64,000 bases of DNA. Source: Treponemataceae bacterium (lineage in GTDB: Bacteria; Spirochaetota; Spirochaetia; Treponematales; Rectinemataceae). Shown in pieces: positions 49,436 to 58,767 of this stretch (position 1 is its first letter; each line of letters opens with the position of its first letter). A program made the translations under genes and the position numbers. The DNA lies in the NCBI GenBank assembly GCA_963677895.2, contig CAXXGJ010000018.1, positions 32,001 through 96,000 on the forward strand, read 5' to 3'. The notes beneath the pieces were generated by a model. The model saw nothing but the letters and a program-made list of their open reading frames with translations, was not told the origin of the DNA and searched no databases.

Positions 49436-49436
49436 A

Positions 49437-50468
49437 ATGATTGCGAATACTGCTTTACATGGTTTAGGTGTCGCCGTGGCGACTCCTTTCGATGCCGAGG
49501 GCCGCGTGGATTTTCAGGCTTTCGGCCGGCTCCTGGATTTTTTAGCCGGGACGGGAACGAACTCCGGCGCGGGAGCGGGCGCGCGGGCTGCCTCGCGGGC
49601 AAACATGTCGTCGCCCCTGAGCGCGCCCGCTAAAACCGCGGCGGAATTTCAGGCGGCGGAGGGCGGGGGCTGCGATTTCCTTGTGGTGCTGGGCTCCACG
49701 GGCGAAGCCGCGACCGTCGAAGCCGACGAGCGGCGCGACATCATAAAATTCGCGGTCGAACACGCGCACGGGCTTCCCGTCGTCATCGGGACCGGCTCCA
49801 ACTCGACCGGAACCTGCGTCCGTCTGACGGCCGAAGCCGCTTCCCTCGGCGCCGACGCCGTGCTCGTGGTTACGCCCTTCTACAACAAGCCGACCCCCGA
49901 TGGTCTCGTGGCGCATTATTCTGCCGTCGCCGATGCGGCGGCCAAGGCCGCGGCCAACGCGGCGGGAAACGTGCCCATCGTCGTCTACAATGTCCCCGGA
50001 CGCACGGGGCTCAACCTCATTCCTTCCACGCTCGCGAGACTCTGGAAAATTCCGGGCATTCTCGCGGTGAAGGAGTCCTCGGGCAACCTCGCCCAAATTG
50101 GCGAAATCGCCAGGACGCTTCCCGAGGGCAAGATTCTCCTGTCGGGGGACGACGCGCTCGCGCTGCCTGCGTTGGCCGTAGGCGCCTCCGGACTCATCAG
50201 CGTGGCTGGCAACGTCCTTCCGCGACGTACTAAGGCAATGCTGGACGCGGCGATGGCCGGAAGGCGCGAGGAATCCATCGCGATCCACCAAGCCCTGCTT
50301 CCCTTCATGGACGCGCTCTTCCTCGAATCCAATCCCATCCCGCTAAAAGCCGCCCTCGCGCTCACCGGCCTCGCCGGCGAAACGCTTCGCCTGCCCCTGG
50401 CCCCTGCCTCGGGCGGGACCAGATCGGCCCTCGCCAAGGCTTTGAGTCCATTCCTGGAGGTGAAATGA
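49437..50468 (+). CDS. dapA: 4-hydroxy-tetrahydrodipicolinate synthase (with low-complexity insertion)
   Basis: ATPF, GSTGE, GTGSNST, PFYNKP, YNVPGRTG, KESSG, SGDD, ESNPIP.K. Confidence 0.92.
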   Translation: MIANTALHGLGVAVATPFDAEGRVDFQAFGRLLDFLAGTGTNSGAGAGARAASRANMSSPLSAPAKTAAEFQAAEGGGCDFLVVLGSTGEAATVEADERRDIIKFAVEHAHGLPVVIGTGSNSTGTCVRLTAEAASLGADAVLVVTPFYNKPTPDGLVAHYSAVADAAAKAAANAAGNVPIVVYNVPGRTGLNLIPSTLARLWKIPGILAVKESSGNLAQIGEIARTLPEGKILLSGDDALALPALAVGASGLISVAGNVLPRRTKAMLDAAMAGRREESIAIHQALLPFMDALFLESNPIPLKAALALTGLAGETLRLPLAPASGGTRSALAKALSPFLEVK

Positions 50469-51271
50469 TGAGCGGCGGCATAGCGGAAACCCTGGAGGCC
50501 GCCTTCCAGGAAAAGGGCTCGCTGGACGCGGGCGGCTGGGAATCCTTCCTCCAGGCCCTGGAATCGGGCGAACTGGCGGCTACCCGCCAGGATGAAAACG
50601 GCGAATGGCAGGCGGTCTCTTGGGTGAAGAAAGCCATACTTTCCGGATTCAAGGCCGGCGGACTGGCCGCCTGGGATTGGCCGGGAGGAGCTTTCGACAG
50701 GCCGGCCTTCCCTCCGCGCCGCTTTAAAGCCGAGGACGGCGTGCGCGTGGTACCCGGCGGAACCTCCTCGCGACGAGGCGCCCATATTGCTTCCGGCGTC
50801 GTCATCATGCCTCCGGCCTACATCAACGTGGGCGCCTACATCGGTTCGGGAACCATGGTGGACAGCCATGTCCTCGTCGGCTCCTGCGCCAGGGTGGGCG
50901 AACATGTCCATCTCTCCGCCGGCGTCCAGGTGGGAGGCGTGCTCGAGCCTCCCCAGGCGAGGCCCGTGGTCATCGAGGATGGAGCCTTCATAGGCGGCCT
51001 CTGCGGCATTTTCGAGGGAATCGTCATCAGGAAGAACGCCGTTCTGGCTCCCGGCACCATTCTTTCGAGGTCGACGCGGATATTCGATATAGTCAATGGA
51101 AGGGAATGGATAGGCGAGGTGCCCGAATCGGCGGTGGTCGTGCCTGGCGCCCGTCCCGCAAGGGGCGAATATGCCGTTTCGCAAGGGCTTTCCCTTCAGG
51201 CGCCTATCATCGTAAAGTATCGCGATAAAGGCACGGAAGCTTCGGTCGCCCTGGAATCCGCGCTGCGATGA
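50465..51271 (+). CDS. dapD: Tetrahydrodipicolinate N-succinyltransferase
   Basis: WVKKAIL, RVVP, INVGAY, VGSCA..G..VHLS.GV..GGVLEP hexapeptide repeats. Confidence 0.9.
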   Translation: MMSGGIAETLEAAFQEKGSLDAGGWESFLQALESGELAATRQDENGEWQAVSWVKKAILSGFKAGGLAAWDWPGGAFDRPAFPPRRFKAEDGVRVVPGGTSSRRGAHIASGVVIMPPAYINVGAYIGSGTMVDSHVLVGSCARVGEHVHLSAGVQVGGVLEPPQARPVVIEDGAFIGGLCGIFEGIVIRKNAVLAPGTILSRSTRIFDIVNGREWIGEVPESAVVVPGARPARGEYAVSQGLSLQAPIIVKYRDKGTEASVALESALR

Positions 51272-51344
51272 CATTCGCCCCTGAATCCGGTTCGCGCCAA
51301 AAGCCCTCCCGGAACGGGCCTCCCTGCCTTCATGGAGAAATGCT

Positions 51345-52154
51345 GTGAAATACAAACTTGGGATCATCGGAGCCGGAAAAATCGGCGAAGCGATACTGTC
51401 AGGCACCTTTTCCAAAAAGCTTTACGCTCCCGACGAGGTGATCCTGTCGGTCAGGACCGAATCGCACCGGAAGGATCTGGAAGACCGCCTTGGCGTCGCC
51501 GCCACGCTCGACAACCGCCATGTCGCCGCGAACGCCGATATCATTCTCGTCGCGGTCAAGCCCAAGGCTCTCGTCGATATACTGAATTCCATCGCCGACT
51601 GCCTTTCGCCTGGAGTCCTGATAATCTCGACGGTGGCGGGCGTTTCCATCGACATGATCGAATCGCGCGTCCCGGCCTTTGTGGGGGTGATCAGGGCTAT
51701 GCCCAACCTCGCCGTGTCGGTGGGAGAAGGCATGACCGTGATTTCCTGCGGAAAGAACGCGTCGGAAGCCCAGGTGGAGAAGGCCGAAGAGCTTTTCGGA
51801 TCCGTCGGAAGGGTGCAGAAGCTTGAGGAACAGCATATGGACGCCGTGACGGGGCTTTCCGGTTCCGGTCCGGCCTATATCTATATCGTCATCGAATCGC
51901 TCGCGGACGGCGGCGTCAAGATGGGACTCCCCAGGGATGCCGCCATTCAGATGGCGGCGCAGACGGTGCTCGGCGCGGCCAAGACCGTCCTCGTGACCGG
52001 CGAACATCCCGCCAAGCTGAAGGATCAGGTGACGACGCCGGCCGGCGTTACCATCGACGGCATCATGGAACTGGAGGAGGGGGGCTTGCGGGTTACCCTC
52101 ATCAAGGCCGTGGTGAAAGCGACCGAGAGGGCTCGCCAGCTTCTTCACAAGTAA
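51345..52154 (+). CDS. proC: Pyrroline-5-carboxylate reductase
   Basis: IGAGKIG, AVKP, RAMPN, GSGPAY, LKDQVTTPAG.T. Confidence 0.93.
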   Translation: MKYKLGIIGAGKIGEAILSGTFSKKLYAPDEVILSVRTESHRKDLEDRLGVAATLDNRHVAANADIILVAVKPKALVDILNSIADCLSPGVLIISTVAGVSIDMIESRVPAFVGVIRAMPNLAVSVGEGMTVISCGKNASEAQVEKAEELFGSVGRVQKLEEQHMDAVTGLSGSGPAYIYIVIESLADGGVKMGLPRDAAIQMAAQTVLGAAKTVLVTGEHPAKLKDQVTTPAGVTIDGIMELEEGGLRVTLIKAVVKATERARQLLHK

Positions 52155-52169
52155 GGCGATATTCCTTGT

Positions 52170-53378
52170 CTATTCCCTGCTGAGAATGGAAGTCAGAAGC
52201 TGGCGGAGTTTGGCGGGGAGGGGCAGGGACTTTCCCAGCGTCGTGTTGCGCGGGGCTATTTCGGACAGAATTTTCTGCGCGAAAATCTGAGCCCGGCGCG
52301 TCAGTTCGTTGTTGGAGAGCGGCACCGAATTCTCGAGGGCGTCCAGGATCTTCTTGCTCTTGCTTGAGGCTATGGAGGAGAAAAGCCTGTCGTGGGCGAT
52401 CGGCTCCATGGCCTGTATCAGCGAGGCGGCCAGTTTCGGATTCATGGCCGAAACCACCGATTTCAGGACATGTTCATCCAGTTCGAGGATGAGATTGCTG
52501 ATGTCCGACACGAGCCCCTCATCAACATCCATCAGCCATTCCTCGGCCTCGCTTCCCATGTCGGGGTTGGGCTCGGTTCGGAAGGACGTCAGCAATTCGA
52601 TGAAGGCATTCTGCGCGTCGGTCAATTCTTCCGAGGAAAATTTGCTTCTCGCGTTTCTGATATCCCAATCGATGAGGATCTGTCCGAGCGGCGTGTAGGC
52701 GAGGGACTTAATGTATTCAATCGTCTGCCTGGGGCAGCCGGCGAGGGTCGCCGCCATCAGCTGAGGGCCGGCAAGGCGAACGGCTTGGCTGATGGAACCA
52801 GGAGAAGTGTTCTTGCCCGGCACTATATCGGGCAGGTCGCCCGGGATTATCAATTCCTCGTCTTCATTCTTGTCGGAATTGAAGTTCTCGATCAGCCATT
52901 TTTCGACAAGGTCGAAAACGGAAAATCCGAGAAAGGCCGTCATCGTGCGCATGATGACGATGGGGTGCGCGTTTTTAAGCGCCAGCTCTGTCCCCGCGAT
53001 GATCATTTCCGCTTCGAAATCTTCCTGGGGCAGCGCGTTTCCGCAGAGACCCGCCGCGACGAAGGCCGACCTGACGGAATCGGCCGGCGAAGCCGAGGCG
53101 ATGAGGGAATAGGCGAATTTTTGGAGCTTTTTCTTTTCATCGTGCGAGACCGCGAGGAGCTGATCCTTTCCCGCGATCTGAAATTGGTTCATGACGAGCG
53201 CGAAGCGTTTGGCGGACTCGAGGAGGGCGGTCGTCCGCCGGGGGCTGAGTCCGAAAGCCGTCCGCCAGGCATCCCGCGAATCGTCGGGAGTCGGTTTGCT
53301 CACGATTTTTTCGGGCAGGGTCGTCCCTTCACGACGATAGAGCGTCTGCTGGGCTCTGCATAATGAGTTGATGATCAT
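52170..53378 (-). CDS. Hypothetical protein with weakly FliG-C-like helical C-terminus
   Basis: ATGA-coupled to the upstream gene. ILELDEHVLKSVVSAM...LAASL...HDRLFSSIAS...AQ resembles the FliG C-domain pattern. Confidence 0.5.
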   Translation of the reverse strand: MIINSLCRAQQTLYRREGTTLPEKIVSKPTPDDSRDAWRTAFGLSPRRTTALLESAKRFALVMNQFQIAGKDQLLAVSHDEKKKLQKFAYSLIASASPADSVRSAFVAAGLCGNALPQEDFEAEMIIAGTELALKNAHPIVIMRTMTAFLGFSVFDLVEKWLIENFNSDKNEDEELIIPGDLPDIVPGKNTSPGSISQAVRLAGPQLMAATLAGCPRQTIEYIKSLAYTPLGQILIDWDIRNARSKFSSEELTDAQNAFIELLTSFRTEPNPDMGSEAEEWLMDVDEGLVSDISNLILELDEHVLKSVVSAMNPKLAASLIQAMEPIAHDRLFSSIASSKSKKILDALENSVPLSNNELTRRAQIFAQKILSEIAPRNTTLGKSLPLPAKLRQLLTSILSRE

Positions 53379-53836
53379 AATGCCTTGGGGTTGTTTTCGG
53401 CGTCCAGGGCCTTTAGGAGCGAGTAGGCTTTTTCGGCACCGCAATAAGGGACCAGTTTTCTCAGGAGCAATTCGCGGGAATCCCCGGCGGCTATAGAAAG
53501 CAGCGCTTCGACGTACATGCATTGTTTGAGGAACTCGAAACCGCTGTACGCGCTTGTCGTAAGATAGATCGCCAGGATTTCCTCGAGCGCTTCCGTCGAC
53601 AAACCTTCGGCGATGAGGCGGAATCCATAATACAGCATAGGCGATTGATCAATTTTTGACCTGTCGGTTTTCGACTGATCGGTCAAAGACTGAACAGTCG
53701 AAGCGAGAGGCAAGATTCCCTCATTTCTCGTCTTGTCCGAAATCGCGAGCAGTTCCTGGACGATGGCGGGGAGGGCGGCCTTCTCCTTATCGGAACAGGC
53801 AAGTCTTTTTGTCAGTTCGGCGTTCCAAAGTATCAT
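53375..53836 (-). CDS. Hypothetical protein with MotA-cytoplasmic-like segment
   Basis: LLAISDKTRNEGILPL...MLYYGFRLIAEGLSTEALEEIL resembles the MotA R.EGLL.L...L..GL..I.DG segment; no TM helices. Confidence 0.55.
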   Translation of the reverse strand: MILWNAELTKRLACSDKEKAALPAIVQELLAISDKTRNEGILPLASTVQSLTDQSKTDRSKIDQSPMLYYGFRLIAEGLSTEALEEILAIYLTTSAYSGFEFLKQCMYVEALLSIAAGDSRELLLRKLVPYCGAEKAYSLLKALDAENNPKAL

Positions 53837-53904
53837 CCAAAACTCCAGGATCTCACGATATGATTTGTCATATTATTTAGCCACACGATGCGGGCTTGCA
53901 TATA

Positions 53905-54501
53905 CTATAAAGCTTGTTTTCCATCCTGGCAATGCCGGAACATTTCGACGCCGAGGGTGTCGAGCATCGGGCCGAGGGGGTCTTTTCCGATTTCAAAACG
54001 CTTCATGGGAAAAATGCCCGACGCCGCCCGGAGCCTGTCGGCAAAGGCCTGTTCAAGGCTTGGTCTGACGGTCACTAAAAGCGGATAATCTCCGTTCCTC
54101 GCGAGCCAGGAGGCGATCCCGAAAAAGCCGCCCCCTTCGTTGGCTTCCAGCGGACCCATCTCATCCAGGATGACGGGGCCGCAGCCCTTCCGGACAGCTT
54201 CCCGGACTCTGGATTCCGCCCAGAGAAAAGCTTCCGAAGAAAAACTGAAGGGAGGATAGGGCATGGGCGCGTCGGAACGGGGCTGTTGCCGGGCGGCGAG
54301 GGGGATTTCGTCTCCTCGGCTCAGATCGCGCAGAAGTATGGTCAAAGGGATTCCTTGAGGGTCCCTCAGGTTTTCTTCGACGATAGCAAAGGGGAAGGCC
54401 AGGGGGAAGGGGGATTTGGCTTTCAGCGTCTGGAAGAGAGCCTTGCAGAACGATGTTTTTCCGGCACGCATCGAACCGGTAAGCAGGATGAGCTCGCGCA
54501 T
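53905..54501 (-). CDS. NTPase (THEP1/NTPase_1-like)
   Basis: LLTG...AGKT, VILDEMGPLE..G.G, LLVTVR. Confidence 0.75.
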   Translation of the reverse strand: MRELILLTGSMRAGKTSFCKALFQTLKAKSPFPLAFPFAIVEENLRDPQGIPLTILLRDLSRGDEIPLAARQQPRSDAPMPYPPFSFSSEAFLWAESRVREAVRKGCGPVILDEMGPLEANEGGGFFGIASWLARNGDYPLLVTVRPSLEQAFADRLRAASGIFPMKRFEIGKDPLGPMLDTLGVEMFRHCQDGKQAL

Positions 54502-54577
54502 GAGCCATTCTCCCTTGTCCGCGATGCCTTGTCCAGTAATGAAGTACTGATTGCGGTAAATTCTACAATTTTCGTTA

Positions 54578-54625
54578 AAACGTGATCACATTCACTTGAC
54601 ACGAACATGCGGCTCTTGTTATGTT
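54578..54625 (+). promoter_or_regulatory. CRP/FNR-like box overlapping a sigma70 promoter
   Basis: AAA-CGTGA-N6-TCACT (54581-54596); TTGACA 54596-54601; TG-N-TATGTT 54617-54625. Confidence 0.55.
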
Positions 54626-54631
54626 TCTAAT

Positions 54632-54744
54632 TGAAATAACGGTTTGGCAACGACGGCGAAACGGTGCCAGATCATTTTTAGGACAGCCTTGCTGTCACGA
54701 GCTTCTCGGGGTCAGCCTCCTTCCCCGAGAAGCTCTTTTATTTT
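54632..54744 (+). ncRNA. Candidate ~110-nt small RNA
   Basis: Own promoter, three hairpins, and a 13-bp terminator stem (54699-54735) followed by TTTTATTTT. Confidence 0.5.
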
Positions 54745-54756
54745 ATACTCCCTCTC

Positions 54757-55518
54757 ATGGATATTGGAGAATTCGACAGCTGGTGCCGTTCCCTCTTGCA
54801 GATAGAAGCGCTCAAGGACATCGATGATTCGCTGAACGGAATCCAGGTCGGAAGATCTTTGGGGCAGATCCGCAAAGTGGCCTTCGCCGTCGACGCGTGC
54901 GCCGAATCCATGCGCCGCGCGAAAGAGGCCGGCGCCGATGTTCTCTTCGTGCATCACGGATTATTCTGGGGCAAACCGCTGCGGATCGAAGGCTATCTCC
55001 TCGAACGGATCAGGCTTCTCCTCTCATCCGACATGGCGCTCTACGCCTGCCATCTCCCCCTCGACATGCATCCCGAAGTAGGGAATAACGCCGTGCTGGC
55101 CAACCTTCTCTCCCTTCGCGACAGGAGCCCTTTCGGCGTCTACCACGGCATAGCGATCGGCGTTTCGGGAAGACTGGAAAAGCCCCTCGCCATCCAGGAG
55201 ATTCTTCCCCTCATCCTGCCCGACAGAACCGAACCCAGGGCGATCATCGCCTCGGGCAAGGAGAAAATCTCCACGGTGGCCATCGTTTCCGGCGGCGCTC
55301 CCTTCGAGGCTTTTCAGGCCTTCGGCAAGGATATCGATCTCTATATAACGGGGGAGCCTTCTCATTCCGTCTACCACCAGATTGTCGAGAACAAGCTCAA
55401 TTTCATCGCGGCCGGGCATTACGCAACGGAAGTCTGGGGCGTGAAGGCCGTGGCCGAAAGACTGGCGAGAGAAAAGAGCGTGGAAACATCATTCATAGAC
55501 ATCCCGACAGGACTTTGA
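54757..55518 (+). CDS. Nif3-like dinuclear metal centre protein (YbgI family)
   Basis: NGIQV, VHHGLFW, HLPLDMHPEVGNN, ITGE, AGHYATE. Confidence 0.92.
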   Translation: MDIGEFDSWCRSLLQIEALKDIDDSLNGIQVGRSLGQIRKVAFAVDACAESMRRAKEAGADVLFVHHGLFWGKPLRIEGYLLERIRLLLSSDMALYACHLPLDMHPEVGNNAVLANLLSLRDRSPFGVYHGIAIGVSGRLEKPLAIQEILPLILPDRTEPRAIIASGKEKISTVAIVSGGAPFEAFQAFGKDIDLYITGEPSHSVYHQIVENKLNFIAAGHYATEVWGVKAVAERLAREKSVETSFIDIPTGL

Positions 55519-55574
55519 TCCTTGCCGGCAAAAAAACGCGATCGGACTGCCGAACGCTCCGGGGAACATTCCAG

Positions 55575-56135
55575 ATGGAACAGAATATCATGACGAGGAA
55601 CAGGAAGAATGGACGGCTCGCTATGATGCTGATCCCGTTCGTGCCGATCGCGATCGTCCTGGCGGACCAGTTTACCAAGGCATGGATAGAGGGAAATATC
55701 CCCATCAACACGATAGGTTTTCACTACATGAAGGATTTCCTCTGGATCGTGCATACGCGCAACCTGGGAATTGCCTTCTCCATCGGCGACTCCGTCTCGC
55801 GACTGCTGCGAACCGCGCTTTTCATCGTCCTGCCCGCCTGCTTCATGACGGGAGCAAGCGTGTATTGCTTCATCTCGAAAAAGCTTTCCCTCATTCAGCG
55901 CTATGCCATCGCCATCATCGTAGGCGGGGGCGCGGGAAATCTCATAGACAGGATCTTCCGTCCCGAAGGCGTCGTGGATTTCATCTCCTTTTCCCTTTTT
56001 GGAGTATTCGGGCTGGACCGCTTCCCGACCTTCAATATCGCCGACATGTCGATTACCATAGGCGCGGCGATCCTGCTGATCAGCGGATTTCTGATGGAAG
56101 AAAAAGAAATGGAAGAAAAAGGAAACCAACCATGA
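55575..56135 (+). CDS. lspA: Signal peptidase II
   Basis: DQFTK, N.GIAFS, GGGAGNLIDR, VVDF, FNIAD. Confidence 0.93.
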   Translation: MEQNIMTRNRKNGRLAMMLIPFVPIAIVLADQFTKAWIEGNIPINTIGFHYMKDFLWIVHTRNLGIAFSIGDSVSRLLRTALFIVLPACFMTGASVYCFISKKLSLIQRYAIAIIVGGGAGNLIDRIFRPEGVVDFISFSLFGVFGLDRFPTFNIADMSITIGAAILLISGFLMEEKEMEEKGNQP

Positions 56136-56407
56136 GCAAAGGCGCCAAGGCAGCGATTTTCGTGATCGGGGCATCGCTGCTGAATATCCTCCTGACCGGG
56201 CTGCTGTTCGTCGCCTGCCTGGGCCTCTATTCCCTGACGCTCGGCAAGCTTCTGCCCCAGACGGCAGTGATGTGGGCCGTCGTCGCGAGCTTCATAATCA
56301 GCATGGCCGGAACCTTCCTGATCTACAGAAAAGCCCTTGCCTATGCCCAGAAAAAATTCAATCTCGAAGAAAAGCTGGGCTTATATCCCAAGAAACGCAA
56401 TTACTGA
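56132..56407 (+). CDS. Small two-TM membrane protein
   Basis: MSKGAKAAIFVIGASLLNILL...; ATGA overlap with lspA. Confidence 0.7.
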   Translation: MSKGAKAAIFVIGASLLNILLTGLLFVACLGLYSLTLGKLLPQTAVMWAVVASFIISMAGTFLIYRKALAYAQKKFNLEEKLGLYPKKRNY

Positions 56408-56419
56408 AAGGAGCATCGC

Positions 56420-57778
56420 ATGTCAGCAGCGCGGGAAGAATTCCGGAAACTCGGCGTACATGTGCCCGAAATCTACCTCCCTTCGGAGAAGCTGGATCAT
56501 CAAGCCTGGGCCGTCGTCGCCTGCGATCAGTATTCCTCCGAGCGGGAATACTGGGAAAAAGTGGCCGAAACCGTCGGCTCGAAACCCTCCACCTTGAACA
56601 TGATTTTTCCGGAATGCTATCTGGAGGACAAGGACAAGAATGAAAGGATCGCCCGGATCCAGCGTTCTATGACCGACTATATTTCCAAAGGCTATCTCGA
56701 GACGCCCGGAGAAGGTTTCATCCTCGTCGAGCGGAGGACCCCCTATGAGCAGAAGCCCAGGATCGGGCTTGTCATATCGGTGGACCTCGAGAAGTATGAA
56801 TACGGCAAGGATTCCAGGAGCCTCATACGTCCCACCGAGGGCACGATCGTCGAAAGACTTCCCCCGCGCATGGCGATCAGGCGCGGCGCTCCCCTGGAGC
56901 TGCCCCATATCATGATACTGATGGACGATCCGGGGCGTACCGTCATCGAGCCTCTCTACGGCAAGCGGCTCTATTTCAAGAGACTCTACGATTTCGATCT
57001 CATGACGGGCTCCGGCCATGTCCGAGGCTGGCTCGTCAAAGATCAGGGCACCATGGAAGGAGTCGCCTCGGCCCTGGCGCAGCTCGCCGATCCTGAGGGT
57101 TTCAGGGAAAGGCATGGCAAGGACGATGTTCTTCTTTTTGCCGTGGGCGACGGGAACCATTCCCTGGCCACCGCCAAGGCGACTTGGGAGGAGGTGAAAA
57201 CTTCCTACGCCGGCAAGCCGGGGGCTGAGGAAATCCTGGCCAAGCACCCCGCGCGTTACGCTCTCGTGGAGCTCCTCAATATCTACGATGAAGGTCTCCC
57301 CTTCCATCCCATCCACCGCGTTCTCTTCAACGTGGATGAAAAGGATTTCTTCTCCGCCCTCAAGGAAGCCGGCGCGAAAATTTCCACGATGCCCGGCGCG
57401 AAGGAGGCTTTCGCTGCCTGCGACGCTCCCGATCCCCAAGGCGCGCACCGTATCGCCTGGACGAACGGCCGGGCATCGGGGCTGATCGTCTTCGACAAAC
57501 CCGTCGAAAAACTCGCGGCGGGCAGCCTGCAGGCGATTCTCGATCCTTATCTCAAGGCTCACGCAGCGACGACGATCGACTATATTCACGGGTCGGGAAG
57601 CCTGGAAACCCTGGCTTCCAAGGCGGGCAACCTGGGGCTCTATCTGCCGCCCGTCGACAAGGCATCTTTCTTCGCCACCATAGTCCAGAACGGCGTCATG
57701 CCGCGGAAGACCTTCTCCATGGGAGAGGCGCCGGAAAAACGCTTCTATATAGAGGCGCGGAAGATAATTATCGGGTGA
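56420..57778 (+). CDS. DUF1015 family protein
   Basis: WAVVACDQY, IRPTEGTIVER.PPR, ELPHI, AVGDGNHSLATAK, PRKTFSMG. Confidence 0.88.
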   Translation: MSAAREEFRKLGVHVPEIYLPSEKLDHQAWAVVACDQYSSEREYWEKVAETVGSKPSTLNMIFPECYLEDKDKNERIARIQRSMTDYISKGYLETPGEGFILVERRTPYEQKPRIGLVISVDLEKYEYGKDSRSLIRPTEGTIVERLPPRMAIRRGAPLELPHIMILMDDPGRTVIEPLYGKRLYFKRLYDFDLMTGSGHVRGWLVKDQGTMEGVASALAQLADPEGFRERHGKDDVLLFAVGDGNHSLATAKATWEEVKTSYAGKPGAEEILAKHPARYALVELLNIYDEGLPFHPIHRVLFNVDEKDFFSALKEAGAKISTMPGAKEAFAACDAPDPQGAHRIAWTNGRASGLIVFDKPVEKLAAGSLQAILDPYLKAHAATTIDYIHGSGSLETLASKAGNLGLYLPPVDKASFFATIVQNGVMPRKTFSMGEAPEKRFYIEARKIIIG

Positions 57779-57780
57779 AC

Positions 57781-57808
57781 TTGACAGGCAAGGCGATCAT
57801 GCTACTAT
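57781..57808 (+). promoter_or_regulatory. Sigma70 promoter of serA-serC
   Basis: TTGACA-16 bp-TACTAT with extended TG. Confidence 0.6.
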
Positions 57809-57880
57809 AAAAAAGCATAGGATTCGACGCCCGATCCTCTCGATCCGGCTTTTCCGCAATATCAGTTTTAGGAGGATTCC

Positions 57881-58753
57881 ATGGTTATTCTATTGGCCGA
57901 TGCCTTCGTCGCCGACCTTCCCAAGCGGCTATCGGCATTCGGTGAAGTCGTCAGCGATATGAAACGTCTCGCCGATGCTGAGATCGTCATTGTCCGCTCC
58001 AAGACCAAGGTGGACAAGACGATGATCGACGCTGCCCCGAAGCTAAAATTCATCATCAGGGGCGGCGTGGGCGTCGACACCATCGATGTCGATTATGCCA
58101 AGGCCAAGGGAATTCTCGTGGACAACACTCCCGAGGCTTCCAGCCTGGCGGTGGCGGAACTCGCTTTTGCCCTCATGCTCGCCCTGCCCAACCATCTGGT
58201 GAAAGCCGACGTTTCCATGAAGGAAGGCAAGTGGCTCAAGAAGGAACTGGAGCGAACGGAACTCGGCGGAAAAACCCTGGGCCTCGTGGGCATCGGCCGC
58301 ATCGCGAGGGAAGTGGCTTCCCGGGCCAAGGCCTTCGGAATGAAGGTCGTAGCCTTCGACAAGTACGTCGCCGTTTCCGACGCCGCCGAGATGATGAGTC
58401 TGGACGAAGTATTCGCGAAAGCGGATTATATCAGCCTTCATACGCCCCTCACCGACGAAACGCGCGGCATGATCAACGCCGCCAGCATAGCGAAGATGAA
58501 GGACGGAGTCCGCCTCGTCAACACCTGCCGCGGCCAGGTCATCGTGGAAGCCGACGTTGTCGCTGCCCTCGCGTCGGGCAAGATGGCGGGCTATGCCACC
58601 GATGTCTTCTATAAAGAACCGCCGGAAGCTTCGCCCCTCCTCACGGCGTCCAATGTCCTCCTGACCCCTCACCTGGGCGCTTCCACCGAAGAGAACCTTC
58701 TCAGGCTCGGCGACAGCATCGAAAGCCGCGTCGCGAAATATGTTTCCAAATAA
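57881..58753 (+). CDS. serA: D-3-phosphoglycerate dehydrogenase (short form, no ACT domain)
   Basis: VRSKTKV, RGGVGVD.ID, GIGRI, SLHTP, NTCRG, TPHLGAST.E; adjacent to serC. Confidence 0.8.
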   Translation: MVILLADAFVADLPKRLSAFGEVVSDMKRLADAEIVIVRSKTKVDKTMIDAAPKLKFIIRGGVGVDTIDVDYAKAKGILVDNTPEASSLAVAELAFALMLALPNHLVKADVSMKEGKWLKKELERTELGGKTLGLVGIGRIAREVASRAKAFGMKVVAFDKYVAVSDAAEMMSLDEVFAKADYISLHTPLTDETRGMINAASIAKMKDGVRLVNTCRGQVIVEADVVAALASGKMAGYATDVFYKEPPEASPLLTASNVLLTPHLGASTEENLLRLGDSIESRVAKYVSK

Positions 58754-58767
58754 ACGGGAGTAAAACC

